DNA of 64,000 nucleotides from Spirochaetota bacterium (GTDB lineage Bacteria; Spirochaetota; Spirochaetia; Treponematales; UBA12059): positions 219,389-283,388 of the forward strand of contig JAKLDN010000001.1 of NCBI GenBank assembly GCA_022703505.1, given 5' to 3'. Positions 45,989-56,332 of this stretch are shown here, one piece after another. Each line of letters starts with the position of its first letter. The stretch's first letter is position 1. The notes below the pieces were generated by a model. That model had not been told where the DNA came from. It made no database searches and saw only the letters and a list, made by a program, of their open reading frames with translations. Position numbers and translations under genes: made by a program.

Positions 45989-46539
45989 CTCTCCTGGTAC
46001 TCGTTGGTCTCGGTGTTGACCAGGATCTTCTCGCCCTGCTTGATGAACAGGGGAACCCGCACCACCAGGCCCGTCTCGCAGACCACGGGCTTGGTCGCCC
46101 CGGAGACGGTGTCGCCCCGGACGTAGTTCTCGCTTTCCGCCACGGTGAAGACCATCTTGTAGGGGATCTTGATGTCGATGGCCTCGCCCTCGTAGAAGAG
46201 GATCGAGTAGGTCTCCCCCTCCTGGAGGTAGAACTTCTTGTCCTCGTGGCCCGGGAAGGGGATGAAATACTGCTCGAAGGACTCGTTGTTCATAAATATG
46301 TAGTTTTCGGCGTCCGAGTACTGGTATTGGCAGTCGATCAGGTCGACCTGGGCGTCCTCGACCTCGTCCTGGGTCTTGATGGTCTGGGTGACCACGTTGC
46401 CGTTCCGCATGTTCTTGGCCTTGACCCGGGCGAAGGCGGCCCCCTTGCCCGGGTTGACGAACTCCCGGTCCACGACGATGTGGGGATGGCTGTTGATGAG
46501 CAGGACGCTGCCCTTGGCTATGTCTCCGCCTCGGATCAT
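45976..46539 (-). CDS. efp: elongation factor P
   Basis: The 187-aa protein is read from MIRGGDIAKG. The modification loop NPGKGAAFARVK is present, with a conserved Lys at about position 32. Confidence 0.95.
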   Translation of the reverse strand: MIRGGDIAKGSVLLINSHPHIVVDREFVNPGKGAAFARVKAKNMRNGNVVTQTIKTQDEVEDAQVDLIDCQYQYSDAENYIFMNNESFEQYFIPFPGHEDKKFYLQEGETYSILFYEGEAIDIKIPYKMVFTVAESENYVRGDTVSGATKPVVCETGLVVRVPLFIKQGEKILVNTETNEYQERVNT

Positions 46540-46695
46540 GATGTACCTCTCGGATTGCGGCTCCGGGCCTGCGGGAATTAGGACGGGGCCGGGTTTACAT
46601 GGGATGGACTGCCCACGGTCCCCGGCTCGGTGCCGGGATTCCACGGGGACACAGCACTATGGCAAATTCGCCCGGTTTTGTAAAGCCGGCTCCTG

Positions 46696-48300
46696 CTAGA
46701 GGGCCGCGGCGACCACCCGGTTCCTGCCGGCCTGTTTGGCCGCGTACAGGGCCTTGTCCGCGGCCCGGATCAGTTCGAAGGGTCCCAGGGCCGAGGGCAG
46801 CGCGCAGGAATACCCCAAACTGATGGTGACCCTAATCTCGACGCCTTCGTGCACGAAGGCGGTATCCTCCACAGCCTTCCGGATCCGCTCGCAGTAGGCC
46901 GCAGCCTCCCCGGAACTCCGGGCGTTCAGGATGACCGCGAACTCCTCCCCCCCGTAGCGCCCGACGATGTCGCCGTCCCGGCCGGAACGGAGGATCAGCC
47001 CCGCCGTCTCCTTCAGGACCGTATCCCCGGCCTGGTGTCCGAAGGTGTCGTTGACGGACTTGAAGTGGTCGATGTCCATCATGACGAAGCAGACGGGACG
47101 GTCGTCCCGCCGGCTCCTCCGGATCTCGAAGTCCAGGAACTCCTCGATCTTCGCGTGGTTATAGAGGCCCGTCAGGCTGTCCCGGGCCGCGCTCTCCTTC
47201 AGGAGGCCCTCCCGGTCCCTCACCGCCTTGGCCATCCGGTTGAAGGTGTCCACGAGGTTGTCCAGTTCGGTGTTCGTCCGGGGAGCCTGGACCTCCGGGT
47301 ACTCCCGCTCCTCCAGGGTTCCCGCGGCTTCGGCCAGGGCCCGGATGGGGCGTATCAGCCGGGCGCTCAAGGCGTAGGCCAGGACGAGCTGGAGCACCAG
47401 GAGCCCGGCGGCGAACTGGGCGAAGAACTCCAGGAGGCGGGTGATGGGCAGGTAGGCCTGGTCGCTGCGGAGCTCCACCACCATGCCCAGGTTCAGGCGG
47501 GGACACCAGCCGTAGGCTCCGATGACGGTCCGCCCCGACTCGCCGCGGTACTTGGCGACTCCCTCCCTCCGGGCGACGGCCTCCCGTACCGCGAGGTTGT
47601 CCAGCACGGGGCCCTCCTCCGCGGTATCCGCGGGGGATCGGAAATCCGCCTCGGACGAGGCGGCCACCAGCCTCCGCTCCGGATCGGTGATGTAGACGGA
47701 GCCCAGGCTGCCCAGCCCCATGCTCTCCACGATGCGGACCAGGTCGGCCAGAAGGACCGTCCCCGCCAGGACGCCCCGGATCTCCCCCCGATACCGCAGG
47801 GGACGGCTGACCGCGAAGGCGTACCTCCCCGTCAGGCGGTTGCGGAAGACCCCGGAGACGAAGGCCCTTCCCTCCCGGGCCGCCTGGAAGTAGTCCCGGT
47901 CCGCCAGGCTCACCTTCCGGGCCGGGGGGCCGGATCGCCCGAACACCACATTCCCCTCCAGGTCCAGGAGGAGGGCATCCGAGAAGGAGTCCTTGGCTTC
48001 CAGGAGAGCCTTGAAGCGGTCGTGCGCGTCCGGGGCCAGGGGGGTCCCGGCCCGCTCCGCGTCGGATTCCAGGATCGAGGCCATCCATGCTATGTCGCTC
48101 TCCCGCTCGGCCAGCCAATCCTGCAAAGCCAGCATGACCGCGTCCCGGTAGAACCCCGCAAGCCCCGTCTCCCGGGTCTCGATTGCGGACTTGGTCCGGA
48201 AGTAGATTCCCGCCACCATGAAGGCGAAGATGAAGACGGTGAGCACGGCGAGAACGAGGAACTGCTGCCGGAAGAGCCGGCTCCGGAACATCGATTTCAT
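46696..48300 (-). CDS. diguanylate cyclase with periplasmic Cache-like sensor and HAMP
   Basis: It has a TM segment, a sensor, a second TM segment and a HAMP domain. The GGDEF domain includes RYGGEEF and RVTISLGY. Its ATG overlaps the epmA stop (ATGA at 48297-48300). Confidence 0.9.
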   Translation of the reverse strand: MKSMFRSRLFRQQFLVLAVLTVFIFAFMVAGIYFRTKSAIETRETGLAGFYRDAVMLALQDWLAERESDIAWMASILESDAERAGTPLAPDAHDRFKALLEAKDSFSDALLLDLEGNVVFGRSGPPARKVSLADRDYFQAAREGRAFVSGVFRNRLTGRYAFAVSRPLRYRGEIRGVLAGTVLLADLVRIVESMGLGSLGSVYITDPERRLVAASSEADFRSPADTAEEGPVLDNLAVREAVARREGVAKYRGESGRTVIGAYGWCPRLNLGMVVELRSDQAYLPITRLLEFFAQFAAGLLVLQLVLAYALSARLIRPIRALAEAAGTLEEREYPEVQAPRTNTELDNLVDTFNRMAKAVRDREGLLKESAARDSLTGLYNHAKIEEFLDFEIRRSRRDDRPVCFVMMDIDHFKSVNDTFGHQAGDTVLKETAGLILRSGRDGDIVGRYGGEEFAVILNARSSGEAAAYCERIRKAVEDTAFVHEGVEIRVTISLGYSCALPSALGPFELIRAADKALYAAKQAGRNRVVAAAL

Positions 48301-49286
48301 GGCCTTCGCAGGGCTCCCTCGTTCTCCGCCAGGATATCCGCGAAGGGATAGGGCAGTAGCCGGGACAGGTCGCGCTCCCCGGTCAAGGCCAGGACGAAGC
48401 GGTCGAAGCCCATCGCCACCCCGGAACAGGGGGGGAAGCCCGAGAACAGGTCGGGATACCCCGCGTCCACCCGATGCGGCACACGGGCGGTCCGTTTCCG
48501 TTCCGACTCCCGCTCAAAGGAAGCCCGGACGGCCCCGGGATCGGAGGCCTCGGTGTAGCAGTTGCAGAGCTCCATCCCCCCCGCGTAGAGCTCCCACCGG
48601 TCCTTCCAGGGGGTTCCGGGTATGTCCGCGGCCAGGCACTCGATCTGCGCCGGATAGCGCTCCAGGACCAGGGGGGCGTCCGCGGGGAGGGAGGGCTCCA
48701 CCAGGCTCAGGAAGACCTGGTTGAAGGCGTCCTCCCAGGAGGCCTCGAGGGGGACCAGGAGTCCCTTGCCGCGTCCTGCCTCCACCAGGGCTCCCCGGTC
48801 CTGGAGGGCTTCCAGGTCCAGGCCCGCGAGCTCCCGAAAGGCCTCGGCCATGGTCATCCGGCGGAAGGGCGGACGCGCCCAGGCCGGCGTATCGGGACCG
48901 GCGCAGCGCCGGAACAGCTCCTCCGTGAGCTGTCGGGAATCCCCGGAATCCGCCCCGACGGTGTAGTACTCCAGCATCGTGAACTCCGGGTTGTGCAGGC
49001 GGCCCAGGGACTCGGAATTGCGGAAGCATTTGCACACCTGGAAGACGCTGCGCCGGAGCCGGGCGATCAGGGGCTTCATCCAGACTTCCGGGGAGGGGAC
49101 CAGCCAGAGGTCCATGCGACCCAGGAAGGGGTTGTCGTACTCGGTGCGGAAGACCTCCAGGCAGGATTCCGGGATCAGGGCCGGGGCGAGGGCCGGGGTA
49201 TCCGTCTCCAGGTAGCCGCGCCCGAGGAAGAAGGCCCGGGTTTCCGTGAGGATCCTCGAGCGTTCCTCGAGAAGTCTCGTGTCCAT
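48297..49286 (-). CDS. epmA: EF-P beta-lysyl transferase (GenX/PoxA, class II LysRS paralog)
   Basis: The 329-aa ORF has class II aaRS core motifs: FRNSESLGRLHNPEFTMLEYY and GVAMGFDRFV. It lacks an anticodon-binding domain. Confidence 0.85.
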   Translation of the reverse strand: MDTRLLEERSRILTETRAFFLGRGYLETDTPALAPALIPESCLEVFRTEYDNPFLGRMDLWLVPSPEVWMKPLIARLRRSVFQVCKCFRNSESLGRLHNPEFTMLEYYTVGADSGDSRQLTEELFRRCAGPDTPAWARPPFRRMTMAEAFRELAGLDLEALQDRGALVEAGRGKGLLVPLEASWEDAFNQVFLSLVEPSLPADAPLVLERYPAQIECLAADIPGTPWKDRWELYAGGMELCNCYTEASDPGAVRASFERESERKRTARVPHRVDAGYPDLFSGFPPCSGVAMGFDRFVLALTGERDLSRLLPYPFADILAENEGALRRP

Positions 49287-49315
49287 GCGTTCCGCCCCGG
49301 AGTCCCGAACCGCGG

Positions 49316-49807
49316 CTAGACGCCGGCGGCGGCGGGTTCCGCGGCGCGGAGGACTTCCATGTCCTCGGAGTTGAAGATCCGGTCGATGTCCAGGAGGATG
49401 ACGAAGCCCTCGTCCCGCTTGCCGACACCCCGTATGAACTCCGTGGCCAGCCGGGTCCCGAATTTCGGGGCGGGTTCCACGCTCCCGGCCTCGATCTCCA
49501 CGACCTCGTGGACCGCGTCCGCCAGGGCCCCCACGACGACGGGACCCTCCGGCCCCTCCACCTCCATCACGATGATGCTGGTGTCCTTGGTGACCGGGGT
49601 CTCGGGCATCCCGAACTTGAGGCGGAGGTCTATGACGGGAACTCCCATGCCGCGAAGGTTGATGAGGCCCTTCATGTACTCCGCGGTCTTGGGCAGTTTG
49701 GTGATCTTGGTGTGTTCCAGGACTTCCCGGACCTTGGCGACGCCGATGGCGTACTGCTCGCCTTCCAGGGTGAAGGTCAGGTACTGGTTGGCTGTGGTTC
49801 CTTCCAT
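49316..49807 (-). CDS. cheW: chemotaxis coupling protein CheW
   Basis: The 163-aa ORF has YLTFTLEGEQYAIGVAKVREV and GLINLRGMGVPVIDLR. Confidence 0.95.
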   Translation of the reverse strand: MEGTTANQYLTFTLEGEQYAIGVAKVREVLEHTKITKLPKTAEYMKGLINLRGMGVPVIDLRLKFGMPETPVTKDTSIIVMEVEGPEGPVVVGALADAVHEVVEIEAGSVEPAPKFGTRLATEFIRGVGKRDEGFVILLDIDRIFNSEDMEVLRAAEPAAAGV

Positions 49808-49855
49808 GACGGTTCGCCTCCTAATCTTAGAGTTTATCGGTACGGACCGGCGGAG

Positions 49856-50839
49856 TCAAACCTGACCGGACCCGTGCAGTTTTCCCCGGGAATCCCGGGC
49901 CAGTCGGGCATTCCTCCGGATCAGGCTCGGGCCGAGCCAGGAAAGCCCCAGGGCGGTCCCCCGGAACCGGGACTTCAGATCCGGATCCCGGGCCGCCAGG
50001 ATGGCCTCGGGCTCCAGGCCCCGGCCCAGGGGTCCCGCGGATGCCTCCCGCACGACCCCCGGCCGGAACCGGGGGCAAGCGGCCAGGCAGAGGTCGCACC
50101 CGTACAGGATGCCCCGCCAGGCTTCCGCGATCGCCGGGGGCACGGGTCCCTCCGCCCCGGCCCAGTGCTGCAGGCATAGGGATCGGTCGATGCCCCCTTC
50201 CCTGCGGACCGCCCCGGTCGGGCAGGCCCGGACGCACTCCTCGCAGCCCCCGCACTCGGAGCCGGGTTCCCCGGAAGCCGGGGAACCCGGATGCTTCGAC
50301 AGGGTTCCGGCGGAAGGGTCCGGCTCGAAGGGCAGGATGAGGACCCCCAGGACGCAGCCCGGTCCGGCCCGCCTCTCCAGGATCAGGGTGTTCCGGCCCA
50401 CGGGCCCCAGCCCCGCGGCGAGCGCCAGGGGTTTTTCCGGCAGACGGGAGTTCACCGCGATCCGGAAGGAGTTCCGGGTGCCGGCGGCCGCGAGCCCCGC
50501 GGCACGGCCGGCCGCGGCCAGGATGTCCGAGAGTTCCCGGTACCAGTGGGCCCGGGCGAACCAGCCCAGGGCCGCCAGGGGCCGGCCGTCCCGGTCCCGG
50601 AAATATTCTTCGTCCAGGGACCCCGAGGGGCTGCCCGTCGTGTCGTAGTGCAGGGCCGCGGCCAGGGCGCCCCGGGCGGAGTCCAGGCCGTAGGACCCCC
50701 GGACGGCGGCCGGCACACCCTCGAGGGCCCCGGCCAGGCGGATGCCGTCCAGGAAGCCGAAGGACAGGACGCCCCGGGTCACGAGGGTGTCGGCGAGGAC
50801 GCGGGTGAGGGCGCTGTCGGGACCGCCGGGGGCATTCAC
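49856..50839 (-). CDS. queG: epoxyqueuosine reductase
   Basis: Two 4Fe-4S motifs are present: CGGCEECVRACPTGA and CDLCLAACP. The N-terminal cobalamin-domain layout is also present. Confidence 0.8.
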   Translation of the reverse strand: MNAPGGPDSALTRVLADTLVTRGVLSFGFLDGIRLAGALEGVPAAVRGSYGLDSARGALAAALHYDTTGSPSGSLDEEYFRDRDGRPLAALGWFARAHWYRELSDILAAAGRAAGLAAAGTRNSFRIAVNSRLPEKPLALAAGLGPVGRNTLILERRAGPGCVLGVLILPFEPDPSAGTLSKHPGSPASGEPGSECGGCEECVRACPTGAVRREGGIDRSLCLQHWAGAEGPVPPAIAEAWRGILYGCDLCLAACPRFRPGVVREASAGPLGRGLEPEAILAARDPDLKSRFRGTALGLSWLGPSLIRRNARLARDSRGKLHGSGQV

Positions 50840-50858
50840 GGCCGGAGGGGGGGCCGGG

Positions 50859-52091
50859 TCAGCGGAGGGCCTGGGCGGCCTTCCGGGCCTTCTCGATCTT
50901 CTGCATCTTGCGGTAGTACTCGGTCTGCTTCTCCACCTCGGTCACGTCGGAAAGCTGGATCTTGTTGTCCGCCACCTTGACCTTGCTGTTCTCCAGGAGC
51001 TTGTGCATCACCATGTTGCCCTCCCCGAGGGGCAGGCCCACCATGTTGATCAGCTCCTTGGGTCCGAAGTCGAAGACGTAGGAGGCCCCGGGCTTCAGGG
51101 GCACCCGGTTCTTCTCCAGCTGGATGAGGAGGGCGTCGTACATCCGGCCCAGGGGATCCGCGATGAGGGTGTTGGCCAGCTGCTTGTAGATGAACCAGAT
51201 CCGCTCGGCCAGGAGGGTCGTCAGGCGGGTGACGATCTGGGGCTGGGTCTGGACCATCCGCTCGAAGTTGGCCTTGTTGACCGCCAGGAGGTAGGCGTCC
51301 TCGAAGGCGATGGCGCTGGCGCTGCGGGGCTTGTTCTCCAGGATGGCCATCTCCCCGAAGATGTCCCCGGTCTTGAGCACCGCGAGGAGGACCTCGTTGT
51401 TGTCCACGATCTTGGTGATCTTCACGGAACCCTTCTGGATGATGTAGAGCTCCGAGCCCGTCATCCCCTCGGAGAAGATCATGGTGTCCTTGGGGTAGAA
51501 GCGGTTGAACTCCTCGTTGGACCCGTCCAGGTAGACCGCCTTGGAGTAGGGGGCGATCTTGCCCATCCGCTCCCGGGCGACCGCCACGTGGGGACCGTTC
51601 GGGCAGAACTTGAGGTACTGGTGGTAGGCGTAGAAGGCCTGGTTGTACTGGCTCTGCTTGGCGTAGTACTCCGCCACCCGGAAGAGATGGGAGGGGTCCG
51701 CCTCCGCCGTATTCTTGAGGGTCAGGCGGGTCAGGGCCTCGTCCAGGTAGCGCATCCGCTTGGAGAAGGCCATGATGATCTTCATGGCCACGGGGGTGTT
51801 CTTCTCGATGAGGGTCCCGTACTGTTCCCGGGCCACGGAGATGAGGATGCAGTCGGTCACCGCCTGGGCGGTCTCGATGTGGCTGTGGTTGGACATGGTG
51901 GACACGACGCCGAAGAAGTCGCCGGGGCCGTAGATGTTGCCCCCCTCCTCCTCCACCACCTCCACGTCCTTGGACACCCGGACCTTGCCCTGACGGATGA
52001 TGTAGAAGCGGTCGGCGCTCTGCTTGCCTTCCACAACGATGTATGAGTCTTTTTTAAAACTTACGAATGTCAGCTGGAGAGGACTTTCCAT
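50859..52091 (-). CDS. protein with two cyclic-nucleotide-binding (CAP effector) domains
   Basis: The N-terminal domain has GDFFGVVS, the C-terminal domain has GDIFGEMAIL...RSASA, and a helical middle region separates them. Confidence 0.85.
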   Translation of the reverse strand: MESPLQLTFVSFKKDSYIVVEGKQSADRFYIIRQGKVRVSKDVEVVEEEGGNIYGPGDFFGVVSTMSNHSHIETAQAVTDCILISVAREQYGTLIEKNTPVAMKIIMAFSKRMRYLDEALTRLTLKNTAEADPSHLFRVAEYYAKQSQYNQAFYAYHQYLKFCPNGPHVAVARERMGKIAPYSKAVYLDGSNEEFNRFYPKDTMIFSEGMTGSELYIIQKGSVKITKIVDNNEVLLAVLKTGDIFGEMAILENKPRSASAIAFEDAYLLAVNKANFERMVQTQPQIVTRLTTLLAERIWFIYKQLANTLIADPLGRMYDALLIQLEKNRVPLKPGASYVFDFGPKELINMVGLPLGEGNMVMHKLLENSKVKVADNKIQLSDVTEVEKQTEYYRKMQKIEKARKAAQALR

Positions 52092-52125
52092 CCCGCCTTC
52101 CGTATGACTGAGCTGTCTGGGCTAA

Positions 52126-52154
52126 AGTATAGATACCCCCGAATGACCTGTCAA
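52126..52154 (-). promoter_or_regulatory. consensus sigma70 promoter for the cNMP-binding protein gene
   Basis: The minus strand reads TTGACA (52154-52149), a 17-nt spacer, then TATACT (52131-52126). Confidence 0.6.
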
Positions 52155-52236
52155 TTGCGCGAGGTGCCCGGGCGCAAGCGCCCGGACACCTCGCGGCAAC
52201 GAAGCCCTGCGGGCTTCGTCGAATTTCAGGTACGGG

Positions 52237-53535
<1,299 letters not shown>

Positions 53536-53577
53536 TCCTTTTTTAACGGGACCGCGCCGCCCCGGATCTCGCCGGGA

Positions 53578-55263
53578 TCAGTACACCCCCGTGACTTCCA
53601 AATCGCTCCAGAACGAGCTGTAGGCCTCCAGCTTGCCGGACGCCTCCTCGTACAGGTCCTGGAGGGCGTACTGCCTCTCCTTGACCGCCGTGCGTCCGCC
53701 GGGGGTCATGGGCGCCAGCTCGACGACCCCCCGCGATATCGCCAGCCTCCGGTTGTCCAGGTTCCCGAAGTACTTGGCCCTGTCCTCGATGGGCGCGTCG
53801 AAGCCCGGTATCTGGGCCCCGGATCCCAGAACCGGATCCACGGGCACCCAGCCCAGGCCGTACAGGTAGTACTCCGTCCAGAAATGCCGGAAAACCCTCC
53901 GGTCGTTCCCGATCAGGAATCCGGATACGGGCAGGGCGGGCACGCCCCCGGCACGGAGCAGGGCGCAGTACAGCATGGCCATGGAGTAGGCGTCCGCGGT
54001 CTTGTCCTTCCAGGCGTCCAGGGGGGCCTCGTGGACATGGTCGGCGGTGTACTTCACTTCCTTAAGGAGCATAGAATACAACGCTTCCGCGATCCTGTGG
54101 GGATTTCTTTCGCGCCCGATCGCCTTCCGGGCCGCCGCGGCCAGGGTCGGATCCCCGGACGGGATCCGTCCGTCCGGGGCGGTGTACCGGGCGTAGAGAG
54201 CCGGGGCGGGTTCCGGAGGCAACCGTACTGCGTCCGCCCGGACGTCCGTGCTCACGGCATAGACCTGGGCGATGTACCCTTGGGACACCGTCACCGGGAC
54301 GTCCGTCCGAAGGTCCCGGAGGCGGTAGATGGCCACCCCTCGGTAATCGGGAACTATGGGCACGTGGGACTGGGAGAGGACCCGGACCCCCCGCTGGCTG
54401 GCGGATTCCACGGGCCGGGGGATCCAGAGGTAGAGCTCGTTCTCCCCCGAAGCCTTCACCTTGGTCAGGCTCACGAAGTAGGAGACCGCGTAGGTCCTCC
54501 GGTCGTGGAAGACCTTGGTCCCCGGCCCCCCCTCCACCCGGAAGAAGACGGCGTCGCTGGCTCCCTTTTCCGTCAGGACCCGGACCCCGCCGGAGGCGGC
54601 CCCGTCCGGGACCCGAACCCGGATCTCCTTGTCGGTCCAGGATTCGTAGGCCAGGGAGAGCTCCTCCGCCCGGGCGAAGGCGGAAACCTGCTCGGGTCCC
54701 GGATTGGAGAAGCCCGAATCCCCGGTCCAGGCGAATTCCACCCTGCCCTCGCCCCGGTTGGCCCCGAAGTTGAGGCCCGAGATCGTGAGCAGGGAGCCCA
54801 CGGTCCCCTGGGCCGCGGACAGTCCCTCGATCGCGGGACCGGACTTGGACGCCAGGAGCCCCTGGGGGCGGAGAGGAAGCCGGTCCCGGTTCATGAACAG
54901 CCGGGGGCGGCTGCGACCGCTCCGGGTCTGCACGTACACGAGCCCGGAGCTCACGGTCACCGGCACCCGCAGTTCGACCAGCCGATCGTTCCAGGACAGG
55001 TAGGAGGAGGCCGTGGGCGCCACCCCCGCGATCTCGACCCGGCTCTCCCCCCGCTCCTGCCCGAAGTTGCGCCCCACGACCCGCACCACGCCGCCGGGCT
55101 CCCCGATCGAGGGATCCAGAGCGACGATCACGGGCCGGGACCGCTCCGCGAGCAGGAGTTTCAGGGCGACGCCGGCCCCCGCGGCCAGGACGGCCGCCAG
55201 GGCAAGGGTTACCAGGCGCGCGCCCCGCTTGCGGTCGAGGCCGGCCGGGGAGGGCTTGCTCAT
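53578..55263 (-). CDS. membrane-anchored IPT/TIG-repeat protein with a C-terminal transglutaminase-like core
   Basis: The start MSKPSPAG at 55263 overlaps the upstream stop (ATGA). TIG-like repeats read GGVVRVVGRNFG and LLTISGLNFG. The TGase triad context is YCALLRAGGVPA and HFWTEYY..GWVPVDP. Confidence 0.75.
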   Translation of the reverse strand: MSKPSPAGLDRKRGARLVTLALAAVLAAGAGVALKLLLAERSRPVIVALDPSIGEPGGVVRVVGRNFGQERGESRVEIAGVAPTASSYLSWNDRLVELRVPVTVSSGLVYVQTRSGRSRPRLFMNRDRLPLRPQGLLASKSGPAIEGLSAAQGTVGSLLTISGLNFGANRGEGRVEFAWTGDSGFSNPGPEQVSAFARAEELSLAYESWTDKEIRVRVPDGAASGGVRVLTEKGASDAVFFRVEGGPGTKVFHDRRTYAVSYFVSLTKVKASGENELYLWIPRPVESASQRGVRVLSQSHVPIVPDYRGVAIYRLRDLRTDVPVTVSQGYIAQVYAVSTDVRADAVRLPPEPAPALYARYTAPDGRIPSGDPTLAAAARKAIGRERNPHRIAEALYSMLLKEVKYTADHVHEAPLDAWKDKTADAYSMAMLYCALLRAGGVPALPVSGFLIGNDRRVFRHFWTEYYLYGLGWVPVDPVLGSGAQIPGFDAPIEDRAKYFGNLDNRRLAISRGVVELAPMTPGGRTAVKERQYALQDLYEEASGKLEAYSSFWSDLEVTGVY

Positions 55264-55781
55264 GGAGTCTTGGGAGCTTCGGAAGCCTGGGCCGCGGGGG
55301 GGGCGGGCATCTGATACGGCTGGACGACGATGACCACCCTCAAGGGGGCCTTCCCCTTGCCCTCCCCGAGGGGATAGAAGGCCACGGGCTCCCCGAAGGC
55401 TACTTTGAGGGTATTGAGGGTCGTATGGTAGTGGACGGAATCCTTGTCCTTGATCCAGACCTGGGCCTGGGTCACCAGCATGAGCCCCTCCGGCCCCTGG
55501 TAGGGTGTCACGTGGATCAGGACGGCCAGGGATTCCCCGACCAGCTTGACGGACACCGCCGAGCCCGGGAGGGTCGACTTCACTTCCCGGGCTTCCCATG
55601 CGGGCGCCGTGGGGCTCTCGGGGACCTGGGTGTGCACCGTCACCGTGAGGGCCTTGTCCCGGAGGGCTTCCGGGATGCCCGGGGTCGATTGGGCGTGCAC
55701 GGAGGAGACGGCTACGCTCAGGGCCAGCATCGCCATGCCCGGGAAGGCGCCCCAGGCCGGCCGGGACCGGGGAAGGGTCAT
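55260..55781 (-). CDS. secreted hypothetical protein
   Basis: The 173-aa ORF has a signal peptide (AMLALSVAVSSVHAQ). ATGA overlaps occur at both ends. Confidence 0.6.
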   Translation of the reverse strand: MTLPRSRPAWGAFPGMAMLALSVAVSSVHAQSTPGIPEALRDKALTVTVHTQVPESPTAPAWEAREVKSTLPGSAVSVKLVGESLAVLIHVTPYQGPEGLMLVTQAQVWIKDKDSVHYHTTLNTLKVAFGEPVAFYPLGEGKGKAPLRVVIVVQPYQMPAPPAAQASEAPKTP

Positions 55782-56332
55782 TTTCCGCCCTCTAGGATCA
55801 TGGGAGCCAGGTCGGGGGCCTTCATGAAGACCGGTTTGCCGAAGGATTCCAGGCCCGCCCCCGGGGGAAGCTGGACGGTGACGGTGATGCGGGAATCCTG
55901 GGACTCCAGGAATTGCAGCACGGATTCCATGGCCGTGGCCTGGTTCGGCGCCGGGGTCAGTTCGGAGGCGGCGAAGACGGCCATCCGGAGGGCGGAGTTC
56001 TCGCGCCGGGAGGTGACGACCAGGGTGGAAAGGACCGCGAAGGCCAGCATCGCGGCGGCGGCCACGGGGAGGGGCACCGCGAACCGGGCCCTCCAGAGGG
56101 GATCGAATCGGCGGCGGCGGGAGGTTTCGACCAGGCGGCTCCAGACGGCCTCCCGGGCGGCATCGGGATCGGGGCCCTTCGTTTCGGACAGCCCGTCCGA
56201 AACGGACCGGTACTCCCGAACGATCCGGGAACACGGTTCGCAGGATTCAAGATGCTTCAGAACCTTCTCGTTCCACGGGGACGGAACCTCTCCGTCCGCG
56301 AACGCGGAGAGAATCTGGCGGTCAGGACACAT
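55778..56332 (-). CDS. anti-sigma factor (zf-HC2 type, single TM)
   Basis: The N-terminal H-x3-C-x2-C motif is HLESCEPC. A central TM segment follows. Confidence 0.8.
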   Translation of the reverse strand: MCPDRQILSAFADGEVPSPWNEKVLKHLESCEPCSRIVREYRSVSDGLSETKGPDPDAAREAVWSRLVETSRRRRFDPLWRARFAVPLPVAAAAMLAFAVLSTLVVTSRRENSALRMAVFAASELTPAPNQATAMESVLQFLESQDSRITVTVQLPPGAGLESFGKPVFMKAPDLAPMILEGGK

